64,000 nucleotides of DNA from Lytechinus pictus (taxonomy: Eukaryota): NCBI RefSeq assembly GCF_037042905.1, contig NC_087249.1:51956001-52020000 (forward strand). The letters are read 5' to 3'. This document shows positions 49,401 to 60,559 of the stretch, piece by piece. A program made the translations under genes and the position numbers. A model generated the notes under the pieces. It made no database searches. It saw nothing but the letters and a program-made list of their open reading frames with translations, and was not told the DNA's origin. The first letter of the stretch is position 1, and every line of letters begins with the position of its first letter.

Positions 49401-52400
49401 TCTTAATACTTATGTAAAGCCTACAAACGTAAAATGTATAGTATAATTATTATTGAGTTATGCTGAAATGTCACAATATGTGCCCCAACTTCATGGGAAG
49501 ACCCTTTTACAAATTTGTCTCAAGTGCATAATATATACATGTAGAATAGAGCATTTCCAGAAGCAGACAAGGTGGAGGATAAAACCAAAGAAACCTGTGC
49601 ATCAAACAGTGATAAATCAATGTTTTTAGGGTCTGATGCACAGATTCCCTCCATGTAACGCCACCTGAAACTTCTCTATACAGTACACCTTACTGAAGTT
49701 GATTCTTCTGGGTCACTGGTGGACTAGGTATGACTTAGGAACAAATTGTCTTGCGCTTCAATGAAAAAGGTTTTGTGAGTGCATCCATTTCATTTGCTCC
49801 AATGACTATGATTTGTATTCTCACTTCATTCTAAGGCAAAAATCCATATCACAACCCTAAATGTAGACAGGAAAAATTGTCAGGCCACCCTTGTAAATAC
49901 CTTTACCTTCCATATTGTCCTTATGAACAAGGAAATCGTAATTTGAATGATTCCAGTGAAAAATAAGGCTAATGACGGATATTTAGCACGTGTGAAACCA
50001 AACTAGAACATGATTAGAATCACAAATGCTATTATCACAGTCATGATTACAAAACAATCATCATCACGTGTGAAAAGGCCCTGAGTGACCTCAGACTCAG
50101 AGTAAGCTTCCCAGAGAATGCTAGGTTTCCAATCCAGATATCACTCAAGGTAATTTTGGGTCAATATACATGTACCTTGATCTTGTCATCAACAATGATC
50201 CGACTCTCTACTTAAATATTTTTTTATGTCAGTCTTATGTAAGTAAAGTGAACCCAAATAAACTTGCCAAAACCCAAAAAGCTCTATCAGGCTTGATCAA
50301 GTTTACAGATCAAAAAGGAAATTGAGCAGAAGCATTTTCTCATCCTATTTCATTACTTGACACCAATATTGTGTCCTATTTTTCTGAATTGCATTATTTT
50401 AATTTATCTTTTACCAGCTGCTGTTCAGAAGCGCTTCCCTGCAGCTTCACCATTCAAAGTCAAGCAAGTCATGAGTCAGAAGCTGATGGATATCCGAAAG
50501 ACAGTCCGGAACAAACAACTCAAGAATGCCACATGGAAACAAAGAGGATTACACCATGGCATAATCTAAGATGGACCAGTTTCCTGCATTTAAGAGACAT
50601 TGAAATTCAACTATATCAGTTTATTCACTCAAGTTGAGTTCTTGTTGGAATTTTTATCAACTAAAAGTTAAGGCCACTGCCAAAAACCATCTGAAAGCAA
50701 CAACAATTAGACTATGTTCATTAGACCACCAGGAGATAAAAGGGGTTTTTCCCTAAAAGGACCCTGTTTGGAATTTTCATTGTTGCCTTGGTCTATCAAT
50801 ATCTCTTTGGTCTACATGCTAGCCAAAGCAGAAAAAAAAAAAGTATATGAACTTGTGAAAATTATCACTGGGGAGTGCTTCACAAAGATTTAAGTGTGAC
50901 TTTTTGAGTCCCACTTTAATTCCCATTTGCTTCCTGTATAAAAGTCATCACACAATTAGTTAAATCGAGCTGAGGATCCGTGCTACGTAGTATTAATCAA
51001 TACGATTGCATGTTATATCATCTGCACGTCTGCATTTAATCGTGACTCTGAGTCACACTTAACTCTTTGTGAAATCTATCCCTGGTCCTGGTTGTGATAA
51101 TCTCATTGTGATACCGGTAATCAATTACCTATTACATTATGCAGCTCTACAGAAACCATAGTGATTTTGTACAGTGTATATAATGTAAAGAAAATCACAC
51201 TAAAAAGCACATTGTTTTGGGGGTGCTTGCAAGTTTTTTTTATGTTAAATCAAAGCTGTATAGTTATGCAGGTTAATATTTTTGCTTTTCCACAATATAT
51301 TTGTTCATCCGTCCAGAAGTTGAGATTCAGTAAAAAAAAACTTTGCTATTGGTACATGTACACTGGTTGACAATAGGTTTGTCGATAAACAGCATTAGTA
51401 TTTTGTCTAAGACTTATAGAGAGACTAAGAAGACATAAAGTTGATGAAGATTTATTGCAAAGGATTAAGAGAAAAAATGCACCAGCTATCTTTCTATTTG
51501 CTTAGTTTGTGAAATTGTTTTAGGACTAGTGACAGCATGGCTTGTGTCTATCGAGGGATGATCCATGTTACAATGTACTTGTAAGAACTGTTCATGATAA
51601 AGATGATTTCATTACTTGGTAGCAAAAAGTCACATCTGCTGATTTGCCAAACTAGCAGGCAAGAAAGTAATATATGGTATGATCATTGTTCACCTTCAAA
51701 TAAAGCAGTCAGCATTACCTATTTGTTCTATGTTTCAAATCAATGACTTATAAATTATGATATATTCAAAACAGAGTTTAAATTAAAAAAAAAACAGGTT
51801 TGAATATTTCATATGATGATATGAATCATATATAATGAGATAAAAATGTTAATTCACATTGGTGTCAATGTAGAAACCTTTGTACGACACAGACACATTG
51901 TTTTGGTGAATATCGTTGTTTGTTACCAACTAATTGTATAAAATTTGGTAAAACTACATAACACATTTTGTTTGTTTGTTTGCTGTTTGGTTTTCCTTAA
52001 ATTATGAATCTACTGCCATAAGCCTGGAAAATGTGTTTATAAAACATGTCTTCTTGCCCATTTGCGATGTGTTTTAAAGATATCATTGACATTGCAAAGC
52101 TTGAATTTGAATGACACTGAGTTTTGAAGGTTTTTAGAAAGAAATCCAGTGATAGCAAAATTGATAATTTTGATAAAATTTGATAACAGTGCCAGCATTT
52201 GACCAAACAGCACCGTTTCTCTGTTCCTGGTTTTTTGTATGTTGTTTTTATCAATTTAATTCAATTTCACTCATTATTAAAGCAAACATACTACCACACT
52301 TTGTCAAATTTTTGAATTCCACAGTTCATCCTCTGTTCTCCCATTCCCTTTCTATATCCCTCTCTCTTCCCATTCCCTTTCTATCTCTGTCTCTCTCTTT

Positions 52401-55400
52401 CTCTCCATTCCTTTGTATTTCCCCTCTCTTAACATTTTAAAAGTATTATTTCCTTTCAAGGTTTGCCATACAAAGCACATATGTGGGTGCGTTGTGGTCT
52501 GGTGGTTCTGACTCTTGCCTTTCAAACAGAGGGTCGTGGGTTCGAATCCTAGCCATGGCGTGTTTTCCTTCAGCAAGAAATGTATCCACACTGTGCTGCA
52601 CTCGACCCAGGTGAGGTGAATGGACACCTGGCAGGATTGATTCCTTGCATGCACTGAGCGCCGGTGATGGTAGCTCGAGCTAAAGCCAGGGTAATGATAG
52701 CAAGCGCTTTGTATCCTCAGGCAAAAAGCGCTATATAAATCCAGCTATTATTATTATAAGGAAAGGGGTATTTAGAGGGCTGCTGTATAGTATTCAGGGG
52801 TTATCAAATAATACTGGAACTTAAAAAACAGAATAAATAAAGAGCATATATGCTTAGCTTTTCATTGATACTTCACTTGTGTATCTTTAGCTGACACTAT
52901 AAATGACTATTTAATTTTTAACTATTATAACTATTATATAAATATTTAACTATTTAATGCTGAACACAATTTAAGAATTTCATTTTGTCCAAATTTTGGA
53001 AAGTAATATGCAAAGGTGATTCATGGATATGCCTGCCAAATGAATGGATCTATACCATCTTGCAGGTATGCATGGTCTCAGAAAAGTTGAGGTGTTGCTC
53101 TGCTATATTTGGAACATAAAATTGTAAAATTTAATAATCTTTCAACATCAGCCCTCTAAATCAATTAACTTTAAACCTAGTATTTGATAAGAACTGTAAT
53201 TAACCCCATCATATTATACTTGAAAAGTCGATTCACTAGGTGAACTGGGCCCCATTGCATAAAAGTTACTGTAACTTTGCCATCCAATGGTAACTTCCCT
53301 AAAATCCTTGATTCTGATTGGCTGTTGAGCATTGTTACCATGATAGTTACCACAGGATGACTATTACTATTATAGTTAGTTTTGTGCAACAGGGCCCTGG
53401 AACTGAAAAACCTCTCAAATTTTCAGTACCAAATATCACCATGCAACCAAAAAAAAAGAAGAAAATTTATGGTCAATTATGCTATTTAAAGAGAAACAAA
53501 AATTAAGGATGTTTTAAACCATTGATTAATGATTTTTTTTTTTAGTTTCACTGCATGGGACTGAATTTTGTAAATAATGAAATAAAATGCTATGTTTTCA
53601 ATAGTTTTCACCAAACACTTGTACATTCTTGTCTATTCTTGTTTTATTGCATGACTTTTTATAACAGGTTTACTACCAGCCAATCAAATCAAATAATGTC
53701 AGTAGCTTTAGATTTTTTATTGCAAATTTGTTATTATAACTAATTTCAGGAACAGGCACCAGATCCTTGTTAACAACAATTTTAATCTAAAAATATCACA
53801 TTTCAGCGGAGTGTTTCATGAAATGACTTGTCAGACGTTTTATCTGACATTAACCATGTAGTAACAGTGCTTCTTAGCCAATTAAAATCAGGGAAATTTG
53901 TCAGACTTGTCGGACAAAAATGTTGATGAAATGCCCCCCCTGGTGTAAATCAAAATTGACTGAGACTCATTTGCACCAAAGAAAGAGCCCTGGTCGTGTC
54001 TTTTAAGTTGTGTGTACATTGTAACTTACAAACTGCTTGAAACACAAACCAGATTGGATGATAGTTGAAATGGTTCTCTACAGTTGTTATCCTGGCTATA
54101 GCACCTACATGTACCTCTAGCTGCCAAATAGACACTTTACCAGACCTTAAATGTTAATAGTTTTAGGCCTTCTTTCCATTGGGCACATTTCTATATTAAA
54201 GCACAATTAAAGCAGGAAATTAAAAAAAAGGGGAACAACAAATCTTTAAGGTCAAAGAGAGGGGTATTGAGGCCAATCAAAGGGGTATCTAAGGATATGA
54301 CCTTCGATGGGCTTGGATTAATTAAAGCCCAGGATCTACATGTACATGTAGAGTGGTACCAAGTAGGTTCATACATGTACCGCGTTCCCACCGTAAAAAT
54401 TTAAAAGGGAAAAATGAAGAGTGACCGCCCGCTCCTTCCCCGGTTTGCATACAGTAGGCCTACCTTGTATACTGCTTCCATGAACTTCTGATCATTCTTA
54501 GCAGCAAGGTCTATCTTCCTATCCAGAATCAACTGACTGACTGGCCTGGAGTAATCGCAGAGCATGAAATGCATGATGGGAAGGAATTCCTTTGGAGATC
54601 CTTTGGCAAGGCTACAACAATAAATGCAAAATATTCAAAAATGAAAAATACATATCATATATTTTAAACTGAATGTTTTTCTAGATTGTGAAATCACCCA
54701 TTCCTACTTATATATTACACAATCCTTATAGCACTTCAAGAAACTTTCTGTATTAAGCACTCTTATCAATATAATGTGTTAAAATTATTTATATGGACAA
54801 ACCTGTTTGCTATCATGTTCAAATATTTCAAATACAGTACTTTCACTCAAAGGTCGTTCTTGACACCATGAAATCCTGCCTGACTTAGCAACAAGTAATT
54901 TCTGCAAACTATATTCCAAATATTGCAGTGTATTTTATATCTAAAATGGTTTTAAGGGATACCTAAGTCCTAGGTTCCCGAGGAAGAGACATCCATAACT
55001 CTGAATTACTTTATGGCAAACAGGCTATTAAAACAAGAAAATACACTGTTATGGCAAACCATATTGATTGTAATAGAGTGACATTCACAGCACAAAACGG
55101 AAACATTAATGGCCACATTTTTTTTTCTCTGCAGTTCCCTTCTTAAACTGACATGATTAGCACTGAATTTACAATTTATCAAATTCCTTTGCCAGACATC
55201 ATAATCTTTGTTTATCCACTATATGGCTAAATTTGTATTTGAAATTCTAATATACACTGTAAATTCAGAATTAAGATCATGAATGATAAAATCCATTTAA
55301 GAAATAAATGGCTTTTATCAAAAATTAAACAGCATTAAAAATATTTATAACCGGTACTCTTTGGGGACGGCAGGAAAGGAACAATGGCAAAATGTTAGAA

Positions 55401-56404
55401 GGTTTAAAATAGCAAAAACCGTTTGATGCAATTTCATTGTAAACAATACTTATAAATGCAAGAAAAAATACTATAAAAAAACATATTTTGGTTCTAATTA
55501 TGCAAAGTAGAGGCAGAAGGGGAGGGGGAGGGGGTGGGTGATCACCTGTAGCCCACCCTTCCCAAGTTTCATATGTTCTCCCCCTCTATTCCACTACACA
55601 AACAGTGAAAGTTCACCCCCTATCCTGGTTATTGCTGCTTAAGTTACATCCAAGTCTGAGTCAAGTCAATATACTAATATTATAGGTTATGATTCGAATC
55701 AGTGATAGGTCAATACGCCATCACGTGACCATAGCTGCGAGGATCACATTTGTTATATTCTGGGTTTTGACGTCACCTCAGAGAATATAACTGCGTTGTA
55801 TTGTCAATTGCGGCATTATATTTACTAAGGTGACGTCACTCGCTGCTTACAAGTTGCATAATCAGGTAGTTTATTTGATGTACGCGCTAATTGTTAATGC
55901 GTAAATTGCACGAAGAACGTGCTTGATGTATTTAAAAAAAAAAAATTATTATGACGTTGATGGATCAGAGCTGTAGCAAGAATTTCAGGTTGGAGCCAGA
56001 TGAAGAATGTAATCTCTGATGGCGAATCCATATAGACTATATAATATAACAGATATTGCCTGGTCTATCGTTTTGATAACATTTCAACTCCCCTCCGAAG
56101 CTATATTTTTCCCTCAGCGCTGCGCGCTTGGGGCAAAATATAATCCCTTGGGACAAATATAACTCCGTCTGGGAGAGGAAATGTTATATTCAAACTCTAG
56201 GTAGGCAATATCCATATATTAGTACTCATTAAGAATTCAACATTTCATTGAATACAGTAGGCTGATACTAATAAAAGTTTTATATAGAACCTAGATCTGA
56301 AAGCTAATACAGCACCTGATAAAGTCTAGTTCCTTCGGGTATTTTGCACGCTTCAGCTCAGTCTGTAAGCTCTTGATGTTTCCTTTCACATCACCGGTTG
56401 CCAT
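32476..56404 (-). CDS. CEP44: Centrosomal protein of 44 kDa; complement(join(56404-56316,54611-54464,37278-37107,36205-36053,33643-33576,32655-32476)), about 270 aa
   Basis: Spliced N-terminus MATGDVKGNIKSLQTELKRAKYP...LAKGSPKEFLPIMHF...KNDQKFMEAVYKVLRDLFHY.P....QFFSRGFAEHKI matches the CEP44 N-terminal domain as recalled from the human protein. C-terminal LETRVTLLE resembles human LLSRVTLLE. Phases are consistent. Confidence 0.9.
33576..33643 (-). CDS. CEP44: CEP44 short exon (GKTPVPLRGYSTQEYSPDLLLNN)
   Basis: cttttacAG acceptor, GTGAGT donor; phase 1-0 bridges the flanking exons. Confidence 0.6.
33844..34158. mobile_element. Harbinger-like MITE
   Basis: TIR TGGCCCGTATTCT.AAGTC.GGTTTAACTTA / TAAGTTAAACCTGACCTCAGAATACGGGCCA. 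Confidence 0.75.
34615..34750 (+). mobile_element. RTE-clade LINE 3' fragment
   Basis: Translates ...ETGISLRELNMLLQNRTAWRKFVRGVTGSQERLDGT, like the RTE/BovB ORF C-terminus, followed by an AAC-rich tail. Confidence 0.7.
35046..35633. mobile_element. Asymmetric element (terminal long hairpin plus short IR pair), Crypton-like
   Basis: Hairpin 35046-35200; TATTATTTACCAAATCAGACATCT (about 35194) is inverted relative to AGATGTCTGATACGGTTAATAATA (about 35611). Confidence 0.55.
36053..36205 (-). CDS. CEP44: CEP44 exon (GSSESMNSRP...VSIIV)
   Basis: T-rich acceptor acacAG, GTATGT donor, phase 1-1. Confidence 0.7.
37107..37278 (-). CDS. CEP44: CEP44 exon (VLRDLFHYVP...GFAEHKI...AEQ)
   Basis: aacAG acceptor, GTCAGA donor (an alternative same-phase donor would end the exon at 37095). 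Continues the CEP44 domain 17 kb after the previous exon. Confidence 0.9.
41010..41235 (+). CDS. BEND5-like coding exon 1
   Basis: ACCATG start, CAG|GTAATC donor, phase 1. Confidence 0.8.
41010..50569 (+). CDS. BEN-domain protein, BEND5-like, about 530 aa; join(41010-41235,42451-42539,44168-44312,44916-45667,46878-47106,50418-50569); nested antisense in a CEP44 intron
   Basis: Six phase-compatible GT-AG exons totalling 1593 nt. C-terminal GSGIWL...SQYTRKLVMLLF..KELSTSSVTG...RPALDPKRVHAII...KVKQVMSQKLMDIRK is a BEN domain resembling recalled BEND5 (LGSGIWV..SKYTKNL..RSVTG..KIMDINK). Central coiled coil; N-terminal KVLGSAGDKSLLE resembles BEND5 QILALAEDKSDLE. Confidence 0.88.
41761..42200. mobile_element. 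Asymmetric Crypton-like element
   Basis: TTATACAACTCCC / GGGGGTTGTATAA IR pair, then terminal hairpin centred on GGATATACCGCAC...GTGCGGTATATCC. Confidence 0.55.
42451..42539 (+). CDS. BEND5-like coding exon 2 (GDKSLLEVDL...EDEK)
   Basis: gacAG acceptor, GTGAGA donor, phase 1-0. Confidence 0.8.
43184..43975 (-). mobile_element. Non-autonomous Helentron (HINE/DINE-like) with about 150-bp internal tandem repeats
   Basis: Subterminal IRs (GTCTTGCC.GCAT / ATGCAGGCAAGAC) plus a nearby partial IR, A/T-run insertion site, three ..GACCTTTGA.CTTG.TCATGTGACCTGAAAC units; same family as 63836-64000. Confidence 0.75.
44168..44312 (+). CDS. BEND5-like coding exon 3 (coiled coil LLEENHKVKRENEALRTKL)
   Basis: aacAG acceptor, GTAAGA donor, phase 0-1. 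Confidence 0.8.
44916..45667 (+). CDS. BEND5-like coding exon 4 (S/Q/P-rich linker)
   Basis: tttcAG acceptor, GTGAGA donor, 752 nt, phase 1-0. Confidence 0.85.
45778..46375. mobile_element. Kolobok-like MITE (opposite orientation; older copy at about 40130-40670)
   Basis: TTAA|AGGACAAGTCCACCCC ... GGGGTGGACTTGACCT|TTAA. Confidence 0.85.
46878..47106 (+). CDS. BEND5-like coding exon 5 (BEN domain, N-half)
   Basis: cttcAG acceptor, GTAAGT donor, phase 0-1. Confidence 0.9.
47285..48654. mobile_element. Tc1/mariner-like non-autonomous element with about 290-bp TIRs
   Basis: TA|CGGTGCGTAT..AAAACGGGACAG ... CTGTCCCGTTTT..ATACGCACTG|TA. Confidence 0.85.
50418..50569 (+). CDS. BEND5-like terminal coding exon (BEN domain, C-half)
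   Basis: taccAG acceptor, phase 1, KLMDIRK, TAA at 50567-50569. Confidence 0.88.
52483..52758 (+). mobile_element. tRNA-derived SINE, related subfamily
   Basis: B box GGTTCGAATCC, same central body as 2640-2960, ends AAGCGCTATATAAAT..(TAT)n. Confidence 0.85.
54464..54611 (-). CDS. CEP44: CEP44 exon (LAKGSPKEFLP...MEAVYK)
   Basis: tgtAG acceptor, GTAGGC donor, 148 nt, phase 2-0. Confidence 0.93.
55681..56220. mobile_element. Asymmetric Crypton-like element
   Basis: Degenerate TATAGG.TATGATTCG / CGAATCCATATAG.CTATA IR pair, then hairpin GATATTGCCT...AGGCAATATC. Confidence 0.45.
56316..56404 (-). CDS. CEP44: CEP44 first coding exon (MATGDVKGNIKSLQTELKRAKYPKELDFI)
   Basis: Acceptor at 56412-56411, ACCATGG start, GT donor at 56315, 89 coding nt, phase 2. 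Confidence 0.92.
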
Positions 56405-57934
56405 GGTTACCTGTACGTAGAAAATGAATGAGTATGAAAATTGTCAATTGCATTGAGATCGTACAACTCAACATACAGTCTCTATGCCTATACGCACAAT
56501 GGATACTCTGAAATATTGCAGATTATTTTTTAGGATACTTGTGTCTGAAACAAATGTGATGAAGCTTTGCAAATGAAAAGAAACATCAAAAATGCATTTT
56601 TATCCAATAATTTTTTTTGTCACATTTGAGCAAAAAGCCAATTTGTTTTGTGTGTAGATTATATCTGAATAACTTTGGCAACAAAAGTGGCCAAATCAAA
56701 GTGTTGGGGAGCCACTTGTGGATATACATGTATGCGTGCACAGTTGCATACAACGTCAATGGAGATGGAAAAGAGGATCATTAAACACAAATATCTTATA
56801 TTAGAGAATGGGTTAGTCTCCAATATTGACATTAAAGCAGACATGTACATCAGTTAAAAAGAATTCCAGATGCAATTTATTTAGTGCACCCCCTACCCTC
56901 GATGGAACAATTTGAAGATCTAGAATCCTATATTTTCTTCAGAAAATATTTTCAAGTTTGAAATAAAAGAAAGAAATTTCCAAGCAAGACTAAATACACT
57001 ACCGTAGCAGAGTGCTTCTACTGTAGTCTAATCTACTCTCTAGTTGTATTAGTATTCCTGACTCTAAAAATATCAAAATGTTACACTTATCAATAAAACA
57101 CCATACAACAAAACCTCTGCTCTAAAAAGAAACATACAATTTATAAAATGTACAAAGACAATGTAGGCCTACACTACAGTCATTCTACCTGAAGTTGGAA
57201 GCAGAAAATAATTTGTTGACAGATAGTAAAAGCTGCCAATCGATTGCACTGATTCAGGCCGACTATCAAGTATGACACTGAAGGCTGTAATGGGCTTGTA
57301 TTCTTCAATTTCAAATATGGCTGCCAAAATGTCTGATATCCATGGTAAACAATTCTGACCAATCAGTAGTCTATCTAGGGTATCCAATGAAATGCATGAA
57401 AGAGGACTCAGTGACTTGAAGCTGAATAGCCAAAGAAAAGACAGAGAGGGAAAGGAGAAAGGGAGACAAGGAGAGAGAGATTCCTTAAGTAGGCAAGTGT
57501 AAGGTAAGAAAACCATGAAAAAGGACACAACAATAGATGTCCATAGAGCATGAAATACAAAAGGGATCAAAGTAGGTTTGGGGTGCCCTGAATTAACTCT
57601 TTACTCTGCAACTCAGAAAATCAGAAAAACAATTATTAGCTTTCACTCTTGGATGAAGTTTTATTATACATTGCTGGTTATTTGTTATTCAGTTGATATA
57701 AATGTACATGTAGGACAAGGTACTATTCAGTTCAGATCAGGACTTTGGTACATTCTTCAGTTTAGTTCTCAATTATATTGTTATTCAATCAATGATCACT
57801 TCCCTGATTCTAAATTTCTATTGGTAATATTCATTCCTTTCCTATTCAGACTTGCTCATTCATTCCAACCTCGCATCTTTTATTGGACATTCTTCATACA
57901 TAGTCACACATCCTGTACCAATCCCCTCATTCTA

Positions 57935-58045
57935 GCACCCTTAACAAGTATTTTCCATATTGTGAAAATGCACCCCTTAACAAGTATTGGTCGTGCATGG
58001 TATCCAATCATCAATGCAAGTGGCCCCCCCCCCCCCCCCCCCCGG
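57935..58045. mobile_element. Deleted derivative of the CCCGGG/8-bp-TSD MITE family
   Basis: CCCCTTAACAAGTAT repeats fused directly to the terminal GCATGGTATCCA..AAGTGGCCCC. Confidence 0.6.
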
Positions 58046-58955
58046 CATGCTCATTCACCTCATTGGTCGTTTTTAATGAATTAGCTACATTTTAGTTGGG
58101 TCGATAGACATCATAACATGCATTACTGTATGGTAGGATATCCTTAATCTACAGAGTCCTGCTATGCACCACTCATCGCGCATGCAGTTTCAATGACAAA
58201 TGCGCACTCTGTGTGTGGAACTGCAACTGCAGAGTGCCGAACGATTCCTATTCAATTTTTTTTTCTATAGAGGCTGCGCTAAATCACTAAATGCAGAGAA
58301 ATCCAGCAACTGTTTGGAATTTCACTTTAATTTCATATTTTCCTATTTAATTTAGACATTGAGGCACAGGAAATACTTAATATTATTTCTTTGCAATATA
58401 AATCAAGTGTGTAGCTATATACCCTCTCCTACATCGGGCAGCGAAGTCAAGAGGTGATCGGAAAACACAGCAGGATTTTCGAATTAGATCTAGTGAGTTT
58501 TGTGATATTTTCTTCTTGGTTAACTTAAGTTAAGGATCTTTAGAATATTACATTTACAGATTAGAATCTAGTGAGATAATTTGTTCAATTTAAAATTAAA
58601 AATAGTTTTAATTGTTTGAAAACAAGGTGTGTCATGTGTGTAGCTTTACTACTATACTAGGTCCCCCATCATACATGCACATGTTAGATATGTTACCGTA
58701 ATTCACATTCATTATTTTCCCTTGGCTTAGACAAAATAGCTACCTACTAACCTAGTCTTTAGTCTAGCCTCTAGGCAGCCTAGCCCCACTCTAGGCGACA
58801 CCCCAATACTTACCCGTGCTAATAAACTGGGACTCCACTCACGCGCATTTGGGCCGCCCTAGCTTAGAACTAAGCTTTGTTTTACTAAAAAATAAATCTT
58901 GTAATGATTCAATAAATGTTACTTAATAAATTAGTACTGTTAAATCGGTACTCAC

Positions 58956-59438
58956 CGGTTCTTTTCTTGAATTTTCTGGCAATTTCCCACGCTTCTGGCT
59001 TCAATTCTGCGGCTGTTCCTGTCGCGGTAGACAACTACATATGCAACTTTATTTATAAATAGAGCGCCCCTTACGATAGTTGTTAAGAACGCGGCCAAAT
59101 TGTTAGGTTTTTTGCACTGTGTCCAAGGCGTTTTTATTTTGTTTGATTTTTTATTTTTAATAAATATTTTGTTAAATAGCGATTTTTACGTCAAATATTA
59201 AATTCATATCACAAAATATTTTTAATTGTAGAAATATATATAATATCATGCAATTATTCATTCTATATATATTTTATAATAAAATTTATAATTGTTGCGG
59301 TCTTTAAAAAAGGATAGTCGATTGATCAGGTGATGACCACACGTATCACGTGATCTGAAAATCAGCTTCATACCGCTTTGATCGCACTCGACGGTGACCG
59401 GACTGACTGCCAAAAAAAGATCGAAAAATGACTCAAAT
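58956..59438. promoter_or_regulatory. Putative bidirectional CEP44/FBXO8 promoter with divergent first exons
   Basis: Minus-strand exon ends at a GTGAGT donor (58955) and plus-strand exon ends at a GTAAGT donor (59439). Palindromic TATTTATAAATA at 59050-59061, TCACGTGA E-box at 59347-59354, local CpG enrichment. Confidence 0.6.
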
Positions 59439-60559
59439 GTAAGTTTCCCTTTATTTTTTTAATTCAAATTAGGAATAGGAATATATTTAATGGGCAATCT
59501 TTTAATAAATGATAAACAAACGAGGACAAAACTCATATTTTGGGAGTAATATCATACTTGGGTGCAGGAAACAGTACGTTTAGAAGTTCTAACCTGTTTT
59601 TAACGCATTGTCGCCTATGAGGTCCATACATGTTAATGTTTGGACCTCATTGGTACTAGGAGTGGCCTAGCCCTAGGTAAGTTAGATCACTAATCACTAA
59701 TGACTCAGTCTGAAATCATTTTGGGGAAAAAGCACACCAAGACTTTTAATGGTGATCATGACATTCTTATGTAATATGATATTGATAAACACAACATGCA
59801 GCCATGATAGATGATAGATCTACACAGGATCTAAACCAATTCAGATTCTCACTATTATTATTACTGATACTGAATTACTGATATTGATAATAGTGTTGTT
59901 ATTGACAGTGACACTGTTTTTTAGCATAGCACAGCCACAGTGCAGCGGATTTTTTAGGTTTTAATTATTCATGAATTAGATCTAACATAAATTTAACTAA
60001 GCTTCCAAAGACTCACCTCAGATCAACCAAAGCAGGCGCCCCAAAGCACTGAGAAAAGGGTAAAAAAGGATCTCCAAAACCAAGGCAAGACAATATGGTC
60101 AAGTTTAGATCTAAATAAAGTTGATAAGCCCAGATTGTGGTTCATTCGTTCCGATCCGCCGGTCTAGCTAGCGCTACATGAGTGACGGAAGTCTGAAGTT
60201 TAAATCGCGCGCGCGCGCTACCATCGCCTCAAACCGATTAGGGAGATCCCCCGAAGCTTCAAACACAAGAGAGAGGACAACTCCCATTGGTGCAATTCTA
60301 CCTACTGTTTATCTAGCGCCCAATTACATTTCTCGTAAATGCGAAGAAAATAATTATATGAATATTCATAATTTGCACTTCATCAGTTCATGTTTACCTT
60401 GACAAGATAGACTGACTGTGTACTGTTTGTATGACAGCCTCCGGCTCCACGTCAATTTTGAGTTGTCATCACCAGTTTTTGTAACGCTGAGTAGGCCATC
60501 CGAAGGTTAAAAATGTCTTTTAGTTACTGGTCGATGGTAACATTGATTTAATGATTGTT

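Noticed and set aside
57173-57188. 16-nt CEP44 micro-exon with an upstream ATG
   Set aside because: CAG/GTAGAA can equally be read as the donor of an alternative first exon; not resolvable without RNA data.
57169-58084. Hydrophobic ORFs of 133 and 168 aa
   Set aside because: Composition explained by T-rich and GA-rich intron sequence plus a MITE fragment; no splice or family support.
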